Below, one piece after another: positions 39,222 to 50,070 of a DNA stretch of 64,000 nucleotides. The notes below the pieces were generated by a model. That model was not told the origin of the DNA. It made no database searches and saw nothing but the letters and a program-made list of their open reading frames with translations. Position 1 is the first letter of the stretch. Each line of letters starts with the position of its first letter. Origin of the DNA: an uncultured Candidatus Binatia bacterium (lineage in GTDB: Bacteria; Desulfobacterota; Binatia; UBA9968; CAXXLF01); contig OZ244621.1 in the NCBI GenBank assembly GCA_965218425.1, positions 3,360,001 to 3,424,000 on the forward strand, written 5' to 3'. The position numbers and the translations under genes were made by a program.

Positions 39222-41018
39222 ATGGATCCTATGGCAAAGCCGGCCAGGAGTGAATCCAGAGCTATCAAGAAATCCGATCGGCGATGGCAATCCGATGTCA
39301 TCGTAGACATGATCAAGCGTTACGGTTTCGAATACATAGCGTTGAACCCGGGTGCCAGCTATCGCGGATTGCACGATTCGCTGGTCAACTACGGGGAGAA
39401 CGATCCGCAAATGCTTCTCTGTCAGCACGAGAAGATTGCGGTACAGATCGCACATGGATACGCCCGTGCAACGGGTAAGCCCATGATCGCCATTGTTCAT
39501 GATCTCGTGGGTCTTTTACATGCGCCCATGGGCATTTATTACGCCTTTCTGGATCGTGCCCCGGTTTTTATCATCGGCGCCACGGGACCCATGGCTGAGC
39601 TCAAGCGTCGTCCGTTCATCGATTGGATTCACACGGCAAATGTTCAGGGCGAAGCAATACGTAATTTCGTCAAGTGGGACTACCAGCCAACCACAGTGGA
39701 CGGTGTGCCCGGAGCGTTCGCACGGGCCTACTCGGTCATGATGAGTGCCCGCCAGGGACCCATTTATATGTGTTACGATGCAGGCCTCCAGGAGTCGGAG
39801 CTGGACCACGACGTGGAGATGCCCCCTGAAGGTGCCGCTTTTACCCCCGCGCCGGTGAGTGCGGATCCAGCAGCATTGGAAAAAGCCGCTGACACATTGA
39901 CCTCTTCCAAGAGGCCCGTGATCATTGCTGATTTTGCCGCGCGGCAGCCCTATGGTTGGAATCACGTTATTGAATTGGCGGAAACACTCGGGGCATCCGT
40001 GTGGGATATGAACTCCAGGCTCAATTTTCCCAGCGATCATCCGCTCAACCTCAGCATGGATCACGAAGGCTGCTACAAGGATGCCGATGCCGTCTTGACC
40101 CTGGACATCGCCGACTTCGAGCGACCCACCCATGTGCGCGACATCTCAACCCGGACTGTGGTCAGCAAAGTGCCGGCCGATGCCACCTGGATCGATATCG
40201 GCTTCACGAATATCGAGATCAGCAAGTGGTCCATGGATTACGGTCGGCCCTACTATGCGCACCAACGCATGACTGCAGATGTGGTTACGGCTGCACCTCA
40301 GCTGACCCAACTCCTGAAGGCGCGCATCGCCAAGACTCCAGGGCTGGCCGAGCGGATCGCCAAGAGGTCGAAAGAAATCGGCAGGCGCCACAATGAGATG
40401 CGGGCCAAGTGGCGCAAGGACGCGGAAAAGGATTGGGACGCGAAGCCAATGACCACCTATCGCCTGGCCCTAGAGGTGTGGGACGTCATCAAAGACGAGG
40501 ACTGGGTGCTAACCGCAGGTGGTTTGGCTGATGCCGCGCGGAAACTGTGGAATTTTGACCGGCCCTATTGCCACGGTGGTCGTGAGCTCGGCACGGGCAC
40601 TCAAATTGGCACCTCCTTGGGGGTGGCCCTTGCCAACAAGGGGACCGGGCGGCTGGTGGTGGATTTACAGCCGGATGGGGACCTGATGTTCGATGCGGGA
40701 GCTCTATGGGTCGCGGCGAAGTACGAGATACCCATGCTCATCGTGATGTTTAACAATCGCGCCTACTACAACGACTGGAACCACCAGATCGTCATGGCCA
40801 GGGTCCGCGGGACAGACCCGGCACGAGCCCATATTGGTATGGATCTCTACGGACCCGATCCGGATTTCGCAGGACTGGCTCGTTCCATGGGCTGGCATGG
40901 CGAGGGACCTTTTGAAAATGGCGATGAACTGAAACCGGCGTTGAAGCGCGCCATTGAGCAGGTCAAAAAGGGAAAACCGGCTTTGGTGGACGCCATCACC
41001 CAGCGTAGAGAACACTAA
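39222..41018 (+). CDS. Thiamine-pyrophosphate-dependent enzyme (benzoylformate decarboxylase/ALS-like)
   Basis: NPGAS, QHEKIAV..AHGYARATGK, PDGD...FNN TPP motif. Confidence 0.9.
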   Translation: MDPMAKPARSESRAIKKSDRRWQSDVIVDMIKRYGFEYIALNPGASYRGLHDSLVNYGENDPQMLLCQHEKIAVQIAHGYARATGKPMIAIVHDLVGLLHAPMGIYYAFLDRAPVFIIGATGPMAELKRRPFIDWIHTANVQGEAIRNFVKWDYQPTTVDGVPGAFARAYSVMMSARQGPIYMCYDAGLQESELDHDVEMPPEGAAFTPAPVSADPAALEKAADTLTSSKRPVIIADFAARQPYGWNHVIELAETLGASVWDMNSRLNFPSDHPLNLSMDHEGCYKDADAVLTLDIADFERPTHVRDISTRTVVSKVPADATWIDIGFTNIEISKWSMDYGRPYYAHQRMTADVVTAAPQLTQLLKARIAKTPGLAERIAKRSKEIGRRHNEMRAKWRKDAEKDWDAKPMTTYRLALEVWDVIKDEDWVLTAGGLADAARKLWNFDRPYCHGGRELGTGTQIGTSLGVALANKGTGRLVVDLQPDGDLMFDAGALWVAAKYEIPMLIVMFNNRAYYNDWNHQIVMARVRGTDPARAHIGMDLYGPDPDFAGLARSMGWHGEGPFENGDELKPALKRAIEQVKKGKPALVDAITQRREH

Positions 41019-41195
41019 TCCACTTAAAACGCACCCGGCGGCCTCTTGGATCGCGGGGACTCTCCTCAGTGACTATGATTTCCTCGGGTTTAGGTGTCCC
41101 GTGGAGATCTACGCCAGTGCATGAGTATTCTGACAAATCTACATGGGTTGCGATGCTTCTAGCATATCTCGAGTCAATGGGAAGAGTTCTTTAGA

Positions 41196-41526
41196 ATGGC
41201 TTTATCGTCCACCTTTGCGGAGCTTGTTTTAGACCAACTCACAACATCCGCAAGCATTGAACCGCGTAAGATGTTCGGTGGGTTAGGAATTTATGTGGAC
41301 GGTGTGTTTTGTGCCATTGTGAGTTCCACCAATCGATTTTACCTGCGTGTGGGGCCCAATAATCTCAAGGATTTTAAAGAGGCAGGTATGACACAATTCT
41401 CCGGTGGGGGAAATGCCGGGATGCCCTATTTATGAGGTCCCGGAGCACGTGTTGGAGGACCCGTCCATACTCAGCCGGTGGACGTTAAAAGCGCGGGATG
41501 AAGCCATCCGTGCCAGGAAGAAATAG
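41196..41526 (+). pseudogene. TfoX/Sxy N-terminal domain protein with a +1 frameshift
   Basis: RKMFGGLGIY; after MPY an extra T shifts YEVPEHVLED...ARKK* out of frame. Confidence 0.8.
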
Positions 41527-41565
41527 TTTTTATCTGATACCATGATGGCAAAGGCTGGTTGAACG

Positions 41566-41754
41566 ATGTTCTCGAGTATTTTCTTATGGGCGTTGGCGTT
41601 GTTGCTGACCGTTGCGGGTCTCGCGGGCCTGATTCTCCCGATGCTTCCGGGATCACCGATAGTCTTCGCTGGTTTGTTGGCGGCGGCTTGGGCTGAGGAC
41701 TTTGCCTACGTGGGTTGGCGGACCTTAACCGCTCAATCCATCGCTGCGGCTTGA
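41566..41754 (+). pseudogene. DUF456-family membrane protein, truncated
   Basis: GLAGLILPMLPG.PIVFAG N-terminus only. Confidence 0.6.
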
Positions 41755-41932
41755 CGAGAAAACAAAACCTACAAATTGGCTGCTGTCCTTTGCAATGAAG
41801 TCTATTCCCGTTGGCACGGCCTATGCGGTTTGGACGGGGGTCGGCGGGGTGGGTGTAACGGTATTGGGGATGTGGATATTCGGTGAATCCAGAGACATAA
41901 GGTCCAAATAGTTAGCAAAAAGTTTTTAGAGA

Positions 41933-42262
41933 TTATTGCCCTGCCTTGAGGCGGTCTATTTCCGCTTGCTGGCGGCGTATTTCGGCTTGCGTTCTCTCTA
42001 TCTCCCGGCGCTGCTGCTCCTCCTCCTTCTGATTTTTCTGTTTTTCGTTGCCGACGAGAGCGCCGCCCACAAGGCCAACGGCCGCGCCAATGCCGGCCCC
42101 GGCCCCGGCATTACCCGAAAAACTTCCAATTGCGGCTCCCAACCCTGCGCCGGTCAGGGTTCCAACGGCGGCCCCTTTCTCCCTTGTGGAAAGCGGCTCG
42201 GAGCAGCCCAATGAACCCGCCACTGTAAAGAAAGCCAGAACTAGAGCTAAGCTCAATTTCAT
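41933..42262 (-). CDS. Glycine-zipper lipoprotein
   Basis: Lipobox LGC, GxxxG zipper, C-terminal coiled coil. Confidence 0.85.
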   Translation of the reverse strand: MKLSLALVLAFFTVAGSLGCSEPLSTREKGAAVGTLTGAGLGAAIGSFSGNAGAGAGIGAAVGLVGGALVGNEKQKNQKEEEQQRREIERTQAEIRRQQAEIDRLKAGQ

Positions 42263-42298
42263 AACAACTCCCTTTCACTCCAAGTTTATTCTTTCAGC

Positions 42299-42545
42299 CT
42301 AAATGGTAGCACCGGCTGGCCTGAGGGCCAAAGCCAATCCAGCCTGTGTGCCCTTGTGTTTAACGAGGACATCGTTGCGGTTTTGCATGGTGACTCTGCC
42401 GCCGGCAGCGAGGACAACTCCAGCTTGAGCCGTCACATCGATGCCGGCAATGTCAGATACCTGCTTTAAATTATAGACGTTTCCAACCACACCGGCGCTG
42501 GATATGCTGAGATCCACCAGACTGAGACCCCTGAATAAAATATGG
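42299..42545 (-). pseudogene. EipA/DUF1134-like protein remnant
   Basis: GLSLVD...GNVYNLK..SDI.G...MQN...G..AGL; no N-terminus; beside IS3. Confidence 0.4.
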
Positions 42546-42617
42546 TCCTTATCCCCTTGACACAATTACAAGGGATTAATGAAAGGAATTTTAATCATGC
42601 CTTGTCGTCTAACATAC

Positions 42618-43885
42618 TGACCTGCCCCCAGGAGTGGTACCACCCTTTAAGTTAGAGCCGGAATTATCTGGAGTCCAGCCCATGGGGATGAATTCCCAGC
42701 CTGCGCTCTGGGCAGAAAGGCCTCCGGTGCCGGAGAACGATAGCCCAGGGCGCTGTGAGGCCGCCGCTGGTTATACTCTCTTCTCCATCTTTCGATCAGC
42801 ACCTGAGCTTCCCTCAGGGTTTCAAACACCTCCCGGTTGAGCAGCTCATCCCTGAGTTTTCCGTTAAAACTCTCCACGTAGCCATTCTCCCAAGGACTGC
42901 CAGGCTCGATGTAGAGTGTCCTGACACCAATGGCCTTGAGCCAGTCCCGGATAGCCTGAGCCGTAAACTCGGGGCCATTGTCGGACCGAAGGGACTGCGG
43001 CACGCCCCGTTCCACGAATAGCTCCGCTAACCGTTCCAGCACATCCCGGTGATTCATCCGTCTGGCCACATCAATCGCCAAGCACTCCCGGGTGTATTCA
43101 TCCAGGATGCTCAACAGCCGAAAGGCCCGACCGTCTTCGGTTCGCTCGTGCACGAAGTCATAACTCCACACATGGTTTCGATGCGCCGGTCTCAGGCGAA
43201 TGCAGGAGCCATCAGTCAACCGGAGCCTCCCTCGCTTAGGCTGACGGCTGAGGACTTTCAGCCCTTCCTGCCTCCAGAGCCTCTCCACTCGCTTGTGGTT
43301 GACCTTCCACCCCTCCCCACGCAGCATGGCCGTAATCCTCCGGTAGCCGTATCGCCCGTATTCGCTGGCCAGCTCCATCATCCGAGCCACTAGTCTTGCT
43401 TCCTCTTCCGGGATCTCTCGGACTCTTCGTTGCGTCGATCGCGGCTGTCCCAACACTTGGCAAGCCCGGCGTTCGGAGACTCGATCAGGTCCCAATCTTT
43501 CTCTGGCCCATATCACCGCTCGTCTCCTCTTCGCCGGGCCTAGAAGTTTCCCGAGGACACTTCCTTCAGGATCTGGTTGTCCAGCGATAGATCCGCCACC
43601 AGCTTCTTCAACCGCGCATTCTCCTTGTCCAAGGCCTTGAGCCTCTTGGCCTGATCCATCTTCAGGCCTCCATATTCCTTCCTCCACCGGTAGTAGGTCT
43701 GCACGGTTACCCCCACCTGCTTGCACACCTGGCCCACCGCCTTCCCTTGGGCCAAGCTCACCTCCGCCTCACGCAGCTTGAGGATAATCTGCTCGGCCGT
43801 AAATCGCTTTCTTGCCATCCTTGCCTCCTTCCTAAAATCAAAATCCCTAACATTTCACCTGGACTCGTTTTAGGGGGCAAGGTCA
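42618..43885 (-). mobile_element. IS3-family IS (IS407-group-like), apparently intact; orfA 43540-43818, orfB to 42647
   Basis: TG...CA ends with IRs TGACCTGCCCCC and [45 protein letters not shown] slippery site at orfA end. Confidence 0.95.
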
Positions 43886-44129
43886 TTTCCATCCCCCACT
43901 ACAATCGCCTTGCTCCTAAGGGATAATGTGCCGGAGGGGCCTTCCTGATGAGCCTCAGCCGTGGTGCAGATCTTTACTCTCTTGTTGTGGAGGGACTCCT
44001 CCAGGGTCACAACCGATAAGGAAGCCGACGAAAAAATTTGCTAGATGACGTACACCTTGGCGACTTGTAAAAAATACTAGGTGGGAGGACAACGCTGCCT
44101 GTTTGAGGCCAGGGGCACCTGATCAACTA

Positions 44130-44220
44130 TGGTATGTCTACCGGTTAATTGAAGAAGGTCTGGTACCGGGAAAGAACTTCATCCAGGTGGGACTGCGCGG
44201 ATATTATCCGGGAAAGGCCC
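44130..44220 (+). pseudogene. Agmatinase/ureohydrolase fragment
   Basis: YRLIEEGLVPGKNFIQVGLRGY. Confidence 0.55.
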
Positions 44221-44447
44221 CATTCAAAACCGGAATTGCCATGCGCAAGATGGTCCTCACGGATAAACACTACCTCAGTCCTCTTACCGAACACCACGGG
44301 CAGGGGGAAAAATAGGTAATAGCTGTTAACGATCGTAGGAGGTATATGACGGTGTGCGCGTAGCGGTTAAGGGGGGTGGTTTTGATCGGCGCTGGAGTTG
44401 GGTTGATTCAATACTTTGGTTCCCAACTAATCAGCTTATCTGGAAAT

Positions 44448-45935
44448 CTAATATTTCCCTCGTGCCGCTTCCCGCTTTTTGCTCTCTTCCAACACGAGTT
44501 TATATGCGATGTAGTATTTTTGAATATTGACCACGTAACGAACGGGTTCCTGGCCGACAATTCGCAAGGCAGCCGTTTCAACATTGCCGAACCACTTGTT
44601 GGGGTCGAGGCCCATCTTGCCGGCCAAGCTACGCATTCTTCGGACCCTTGAAGGGCCGGCGTTGTATGCTGCGTGGGCGAAGTGGACCTGAGCTTCGGGG
44701 CTGATGGCGGTATCAGTATAGTATTTCTTCCGTAAGAAATTGAGATACTTCACTCCCGCGTGAATATTGGGTTCGAGCTTGTGAATATTCTTTATGCCGA
44801 CATTTGGATCTGCGGCGGTGCTTGGCAACAGTTGCATGACCCCTATGGCCCCCCTCCGGCTCACCTTGGCCTGGTTGAGGCGTGATTCCTGATAGGCTTG
44901 TGCGCCGATCATTAACCAATCGAACCCATACCGGTCTCCGTACTTCTTGAGCAGTTTAACGATGGCATCGAACTTTTTTCGCTCCAACTCGGAAATCGGA
45001 TTGGTAACCCATTTGGTGTTTTTGAAATATCTGTTGAACAGGACATTGCCCACCAGGCTGCCCCTCTTGTGCTTTTTCAGAAAACCATTCACATGCTTTA
45101 GCAGTTCAGGATTGTTCGGGCGCACGGCCCACGCGATCTCACCACCGGAGTTTACTTTGATTGCTTTGTATAGGACGAGGTTTTTGTACACCCGGCTCCA
45201 TATGTCAGCGATGTGGTTGTCCACAACCACATAGTCGATAATTCGCGCGTTCGCCATTTCCAGCAAATCCTCGGATTGAAGATACTTGTTTGCATTGCGG
45301 ATTCTCACCGGCCATCGCCGTTCGGTCCTAAAACGCTTGTTCAACCGGGAGAGGTGTTGAGCGTAGCTGCTGGAATGAACCACGAAGACCTTTTTGCCTG
45401 ACAGATCATTGATGGATTTCAGAGGTCTCGCCTTCTTATGGGCGACCACAATCTCATCCACATTGGGAAGGTAAGGGGTGCTGAACTTTACGCGTTGTTT
45501 GCGGCCCTCGGTGATGGTAAGGCCAGCCGCCGCTATATCCCCACGACCCTCCAGCAATTCGGGAATGAGGCGGTCGAAGGGTAAGGGGATAAAAACCATT
45601 TTGATGTGACGTTTTCTCCGTGAACTCCCTCGATTGAGATGTTTTTCGAATTTTCTTAGAAGCTCGTACTCAAAGCCATTTTCCGCTCCCCTGATGAGGA
45701 AATAATTGGTCTGGGTGTGGTTGACCAGCGCGCGAATGAATTTTCGCTTGCGGATGCCTACTAAATCGTCGGTGTACGTGCTGTCTCCGTACCCAAGGGT
45801 TAGATATTCCGATGTGGTAGCAACAGCGCTGGGGGCCAAGGCGAGCTGGACACAGACCACTACGAGCCAGGCCATAGCCATGCACAGTGCCGTGTAATAA
45901 TAAGGAAGGGGTTTTATGTTATTACCCGGCCTCAT
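44448..45935 (-). CDS. MltF-like lytic transglycosylase (SBP_bac_3 plus SLT)
   Basis: GFEYEL, GDIAAAGLTIT, AYQESR, GVMQL, AAYNAG. Confidence 0.92.
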   Translation of the reverse strand: MRPGNNIKPLPYYYTALCMAMAWLVVVCVQLALAPSAVATTSEYLTLGYGDSTYTDDLVGIRKRKFIRALVNHTQTNYFLIRGAENGFEYELLRKFEKHLNRGSSRRKRHIKMVFIPLPFDRLIPELLEGRGDIAAAGLTITEGRKQRVKFSTPYLPNVDEIVVAHKKARPLKSINDLSGKKVFVVHSSSYAQHLSRLNKRFRTERRWPVRIRNANKYLQSEDLLEMANARIIDYVVVDNHIADIWSRVYKNLVLYKAIKVNSGGEIAWAVRPNNPELLKHVNGFLKKHKRGSLVGNVLFNRYFKNTKWVTNPISELERKKFDAIVKLLKKYGDRYGFDWLMIGAQAYQESRLNQAKVSRRGAIGVMQLLPSTAADPNVGIKNIHKLEPNIHAGVKYLNFLRKKYYTDTAISPEAQVHFAHAAYNAGPSRVRRMRSLAGKMGLDPNKWFGNVETAALRIVGQEPVRYVVNIQKYYIAYKLVLEESKKREAARGKY

Positions 45936-46130
45936 CCTAAAAACTTGGTATCATCGATGGGGTTCCAGTTCAATAATGAAAGAGTTCTACTAGTCTCATG
46001 GGCAACCGTTCCCTCGTAAGATAGAGGAGAAAACCAGTAAAGTATGGTAGGATTTCCAATGCCCAATGCCATGGAATATGTTTTCGGATCATATCACAAA
46101 ATCTTATACAGGTAAAAAGAGGCTGCATCC

Positions 46131-46283
46131 ATGACGATTCCAGTCTGGGTATTACTTGGGTTTGCGGGGTGGACCATTATTCATCTGCTCATCACGGTGG
46201 GTGTCTATCGGTGGAGTCGTATCCTCTCCGGTCGAACGGAGATGAAAGAATTTCGGGCGGACAAAATTGAAGGGGAAGCTTAG
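46131..46283 (+). pseudogene. MAPEG-family protein, truncated
   Basis: MTIPVWVLLGFAGWT...VGVYRWSRILSGR..EFRAD then stop after 50 aa. Confidence 0.6.
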
Positions 46284-46370
46284 TGCCGCCGGCGTAATTT
46301 CATCATTAGAGAAGCAAATTCTTAAAGGCAACAGTCATGGTGTCCGTCCTGTGTTATGGAGGGAGGTGGG

Positions 46371-46625
46371 ATGAACAGAGTCGTAGGGTTTTGTGGGACT
46401 ACGGTCATTAGTGGATTTTTTGTCATATTTTATCGGTCGCTCTTGTGTTGTTCCTATTGCCGGAGCTGGTGGGAGTGGTGCCCCTCACCACCTCTCCGGT
46501 CACAAATTTACTGCCAGTGGAATCCCTAGAGGGTCTTAGGATTGCCACCTTGATTGCTATTGTTTTGATCGCAGGGATATGTTTTGTTGCCGGACTAATT
46601 ATGAGGACCCGAATCGGTATTCGTC
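46371..46625 (+). pseudogene. DUF502-like membrane protein relic
   Basis: GGAGG RBS; TTVISGFFV then frameshift to ICFVAGLIMRTRIG; truncated. Confidence 0.45.
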
Positions 46626-46806
46626 CCCGCCGTACCAACCCCCACCATGGGAATCATTTATTTTATGAAACGGGAGAAGGTGCGTAAACTGCACGTGCCC
46701 ATGGCTGCGGGAATCGACTGTATTATGCAGTGGGGAATCGGGTCCAAATCGTTGCTCGCTAAGGGGTCATAACTTTTTAGCTCGCCAGAATGCGAGCATC
46801 TCTCCG

Positions 46807-48225
46807 CTACTTCACGCTCTCGAGGAGCTCACGCCATTTGGTCTCCACCAACTTCCGCTCTGCGGCATTGAAAACGTTGGTTTTGGGGAACTGGTCGCGC
46901 CAGTGGTAAGGCCGGCAGGCGTTAATAAGCATACGTCCCACTGTCAGGTCTCCAGCGGCGCGCTTACGGGGGGACAATCGTGGATCCAGGTCTGCGGTCC
47001 AGGCGTTGTGGATGATATCCACCGCTGTGGCGGGATCCACACGGGTACACATGGCCCAGAGAACCTCGTCCAGGTTTGTGGGATCAATGTCGTCGTCCAC
47101 CACCACGTAATAACATTTCATATCGCCGTGACGGAACCCTGCGGCTGTTAAGAGCGCCTGTTTCGCGTGGCCGGCATAGCGCTGACGCAGCGAAATGACG
47201 GTTAAGAGGCCATAGTTAAAACCCCACACGCCGGTCACGTCGGTGACGCCGGAAGCTTCCAGGTGATCCAAAAGATGTACGTAGGTAGTGATGTTGTTCC
47301 AGCCGATGGGACGTACGGGCGGGGCGCCGGCCAGGATCGGATTTTGGCGATGATAGATTCGCTGTATGCGAACCACACATTCCGGTCCCTGGTGAGTGTA
47401 GTATCCGGGCCATTCGCCAAAGGGACCCTCCTGTGCTGATTCCTCAGACATCGGAGGGATCTCGCCTTCGATAACGATCTCAGACGTGCTTGGAACCGGG
47501 AGTCCGGTTTGAGGCAACTGGAGGATATCCACCGGGCTGCCACGGTAGGCCCCTGCCAAGTCGTACTCGGAGATACCGAAGGGAGGGGACATGGAGGCGG
47601 TCATCCAGGTTACCGGTTCGCAACCCAAGACCACCGCCACAGGTGCCGGTTTGCCGTCACGCCAATACCGTTCCACAAGAATACGTCCGTGTTTCATGGG
47701 ATTGATCCATAGACTAATGCGATCGCGCCCCTGAATCATTCCACGGTACACACCCATGTTCACCCACCCTTGGTGGGGGTCACGGGTGATGACCATGTCC
47801 TGCGTACCGATGTAGCGACCGCCGTCACCTAGGTGCCAACGGGGAGTGGGGAAGCGTGTAATGTCCACCTCATTGCCTTTCTGAATGCACTCCATGACCG
47901 GGCCATCAGAGACTACTTGGATGGGTATGGCTTCAGCTACCTTGCGTCTTTTGCGCCAGAGCTGGAGGAGCTCAAGGGGATGAATGTCGAGGGGTAAACC
48001 CATGGCCAGAGCGAAACGGCGGGCTGACCGAGTAGCGTTAGAGCAAACACTATAGCCGGGCGGATAGTTGGAAAACTTGTGGAATACAAGCATGGGTCCA
48101 TTCCGTTCGGCCATCAGTTCCGTCAGACAACCCACTTCCAGATCGAGGTCGGCGTCGTCAACGTAGCGTACCTCATCCACCGTGTCCGCAGCATTGATAA
48201 ATTCTCCCAATGATTGATATGACAA
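46807..48225 (-). CDS. UbiD family prFMN-dependent decarboxylase
   Basis: DGGRYIGT, NMGVYR, EGPFGEWPGYY, VVDDDID; TTG start. Confidence 0.93.
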   Translation of the reverse strand: MSYQSLGEFINAADTVDEVRYVDDADLDLEVGCLTELMAERNGPMLVFHKFSNYPPGYSVCSNATRSARRFALAMGLPLDIHPLELLQLWRKRRKVAEAIPIQVVSDGPVMECIQKGNEVDITRFPTPRWHLGDGGRYIGTQDMVITRDPHQGWVNMGVYRGMIQGRDRISLWINPMKHGRILVERYWRDGKPAPVAVVLGCEPVTWMTASMSPPFGISEYDLAGAYRGSPVDILQLPQTGLPVPSTSEIVIEGEIPPMSEESAQEGPFGEWPGYYTHQGPECVVRIQRIYHRQNPILAGAPPVRPIGWNNITTYVHLLDHLEASGVTDVTGVWGFNYGLLTVISLRQRYAGHAKQALLTAAGFRHGDMKCYYVVVDDDIDPTNLDEVLWAMCTRVDPATAVDIIHNAWTADLDPRLSPRKRAAGDLTVGRMLINACRPYHWRDQFPKTNVFNAAERKLVETKWRELLESVK

Positions 48226-48405
48226 TTTCCGTTCCTCCTTACCGATCTGAACCTTCTTGTGCCGGGGACGCTAGAGCTCAGTTCACGGAAAATAACGACA
48301 AACCTACTGTCTTGCCAAAGGTGGAAATAATTCTGGCATTGACTCTCTGATTTTCCATTCGTGGATTCAAGGGTTGACTTGAAAAGACTCCCAAGATGCT
48401 GTATT

Positions 48406-48810
48406 TACTATGGAGTCCGCAACTTAGGGACTATGCGGCATGGGAGTATCAGGTATCGGGCGCCTGAAAGAACGAGCCAACGATCTCAAGACTCTTTTGC
48501 AGGTAGCGAAGCCTTCCCGCCACAGCCCGATGCAAATCACGCGGGCCGTCAACAAGCGTGCGGCCCACCCGTACCCCTTGTGGATCGAAGGGCATCCCAG
48601 CCGCCAGCGCCATAAGTCGCTAACCACACCAATATCGGATTCGTATCTAGACCCATCTTCCCCGCCACCGTAGTGGGGGCTTGCGCTGCTTGTACTGGCT
48701 TCACCGCCTTGAATCTTATTTCTTGCAGCTTGGCATGGGTGAGCTTGCGTCCGTCGATCTTCATAGATCGAGCTATAACCTAGAGTCGCTAACTTATGAA
48801 CTGATTAGTA
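48406..48810 (-). mobile_element. IS630-family element, internally deleted (~400 bp)
   Basis: TA-bounded IRs TACTAATCAGTTCATAAGTTAGCGACT and TACTATGGAGTCCGCAACTTAGGGACT; transposase start MKIDGRKL... fused to C-terminal SFFQAPDT. Confidence 0.8.
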
Positions 48811-48978
48811 GCGGTACCCAGAGAAACGGCGGCCCCCGACGTTAGGCTTCTATTGGACAACTTTCCATGCACTGGGCAATTTATAGTCAACGCTTAGGCC
48901 TAGATCGACTCGAAAAACTAGCATTTATCTGATATGGAGGGCGGAGAAAGATCAATCGCGCAAAGGTAGGCAAATTCG

Positions 48979-49824
48979 ATGTCCATCAACACTCGGCTTT
49001 TTGAATTCTCCACCTCAGATGGGGAAAGGCTTCACGGACTCCACTTCCAACCATCGAATGAGGAGCGAACTGTAGACATGGCCTTGTTAATGGTGCATGG
49101 GGTGGCCATGAACTTTTATACGGGCCCCCTCCCGATCATTGGTCGGGCCCTCGCTCAAAGAGGGTATAATGCACTCACCATCAATACGCGCGGGCATGAC
49201 TGGATCTCGCGGGCCGGTGATGAAACAGGTTTTGGAGGCGCAGCCTATGAGAATCTTGATGACTGTCTCTTGGATATCGACGGTGCTCTTGCGTGGTTGG
49301 GAGGCCACGGCTATCGCCGTTATGTCCTCGTTGGCCACAGCCTGGGTTGCATCAAATCGCTCCTCTATCAGGGCAACCGGCAACGTTCGGATGTGGTGGG
49401 AGTCATTTCCTGTTCAGTGCCCAAACAGTTTTACTCCGCTCGTGCCTTGGACTGAGCGGAGTTTCCGGAACTCATGGCGCAGGCCGAAAATCTTGTGGCA
49501 GAGGGTAAAGGTGAAGAATTTCTTTGGGCCGAGACGAGCGGCTCTATGGGCCTCTTCAGCGCAAGGACTTATGTCAGCAAGTACGGTACCCACGAAAAAA
49601 ATGACGTGCGGCCCCACGCTTCGCGTTTGGGGTGTCCGCTATTGACCATTGCGGGTGGCGCAGAGCATCCATATTTTCCTGCCTATGCCAAAGAGCTGGC
49701 CGAGTGTGCGGGACCAACCCTCGGCACCTACCGGATAATCGAGGGCTCGAATCATTCCTATCATAAACACGAAGCAGAAGTGATCGAGATCATCTCCCAG
49801 TGGATGGGCCGGATCGAGAGCTGA
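48979..49824 (+). pseudogene. Alpha/beta hydrolase (DUF1749-like) with one in-frame TGA at 49453-49455
   Basis: HG, RGHD, GHSLG; downstream half with GSNHSY is in the same frame. Confidence 0.75.
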
Positions 49825-50070
49825 AACCCAAAGACACAAGGCCCGTTTGATGCCCCGATCCACCAGACATGTGGCACTGTTTGTCGACAGATAGGGGGAC
49901 ACAATGGTCCTCTCCTTGGTATTTTGCACCCCATCCCGCAGCTCATAGCCCAGTGCCGCAGATCATGACGCACAATAATCCATCTCTATTCCTGCCAATA
50001 AATGGGAATTCGGTCCGGGGACCTCTTGTGCTTCGATGCCCATCTGCCTTATAATAGTAATAGGTGAGAC

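Noticed and set aside
42647..43726. 359-aa ORF as one gene
   Set aside because: Its N-terminus is the shifted frame of IS3 orfA; the real product is the OrfAB fusion.
43945..44035. CTGATGAG followed by small hairpins
   Set aside because: No stem II closing onto GAAA; not a hammerhead.
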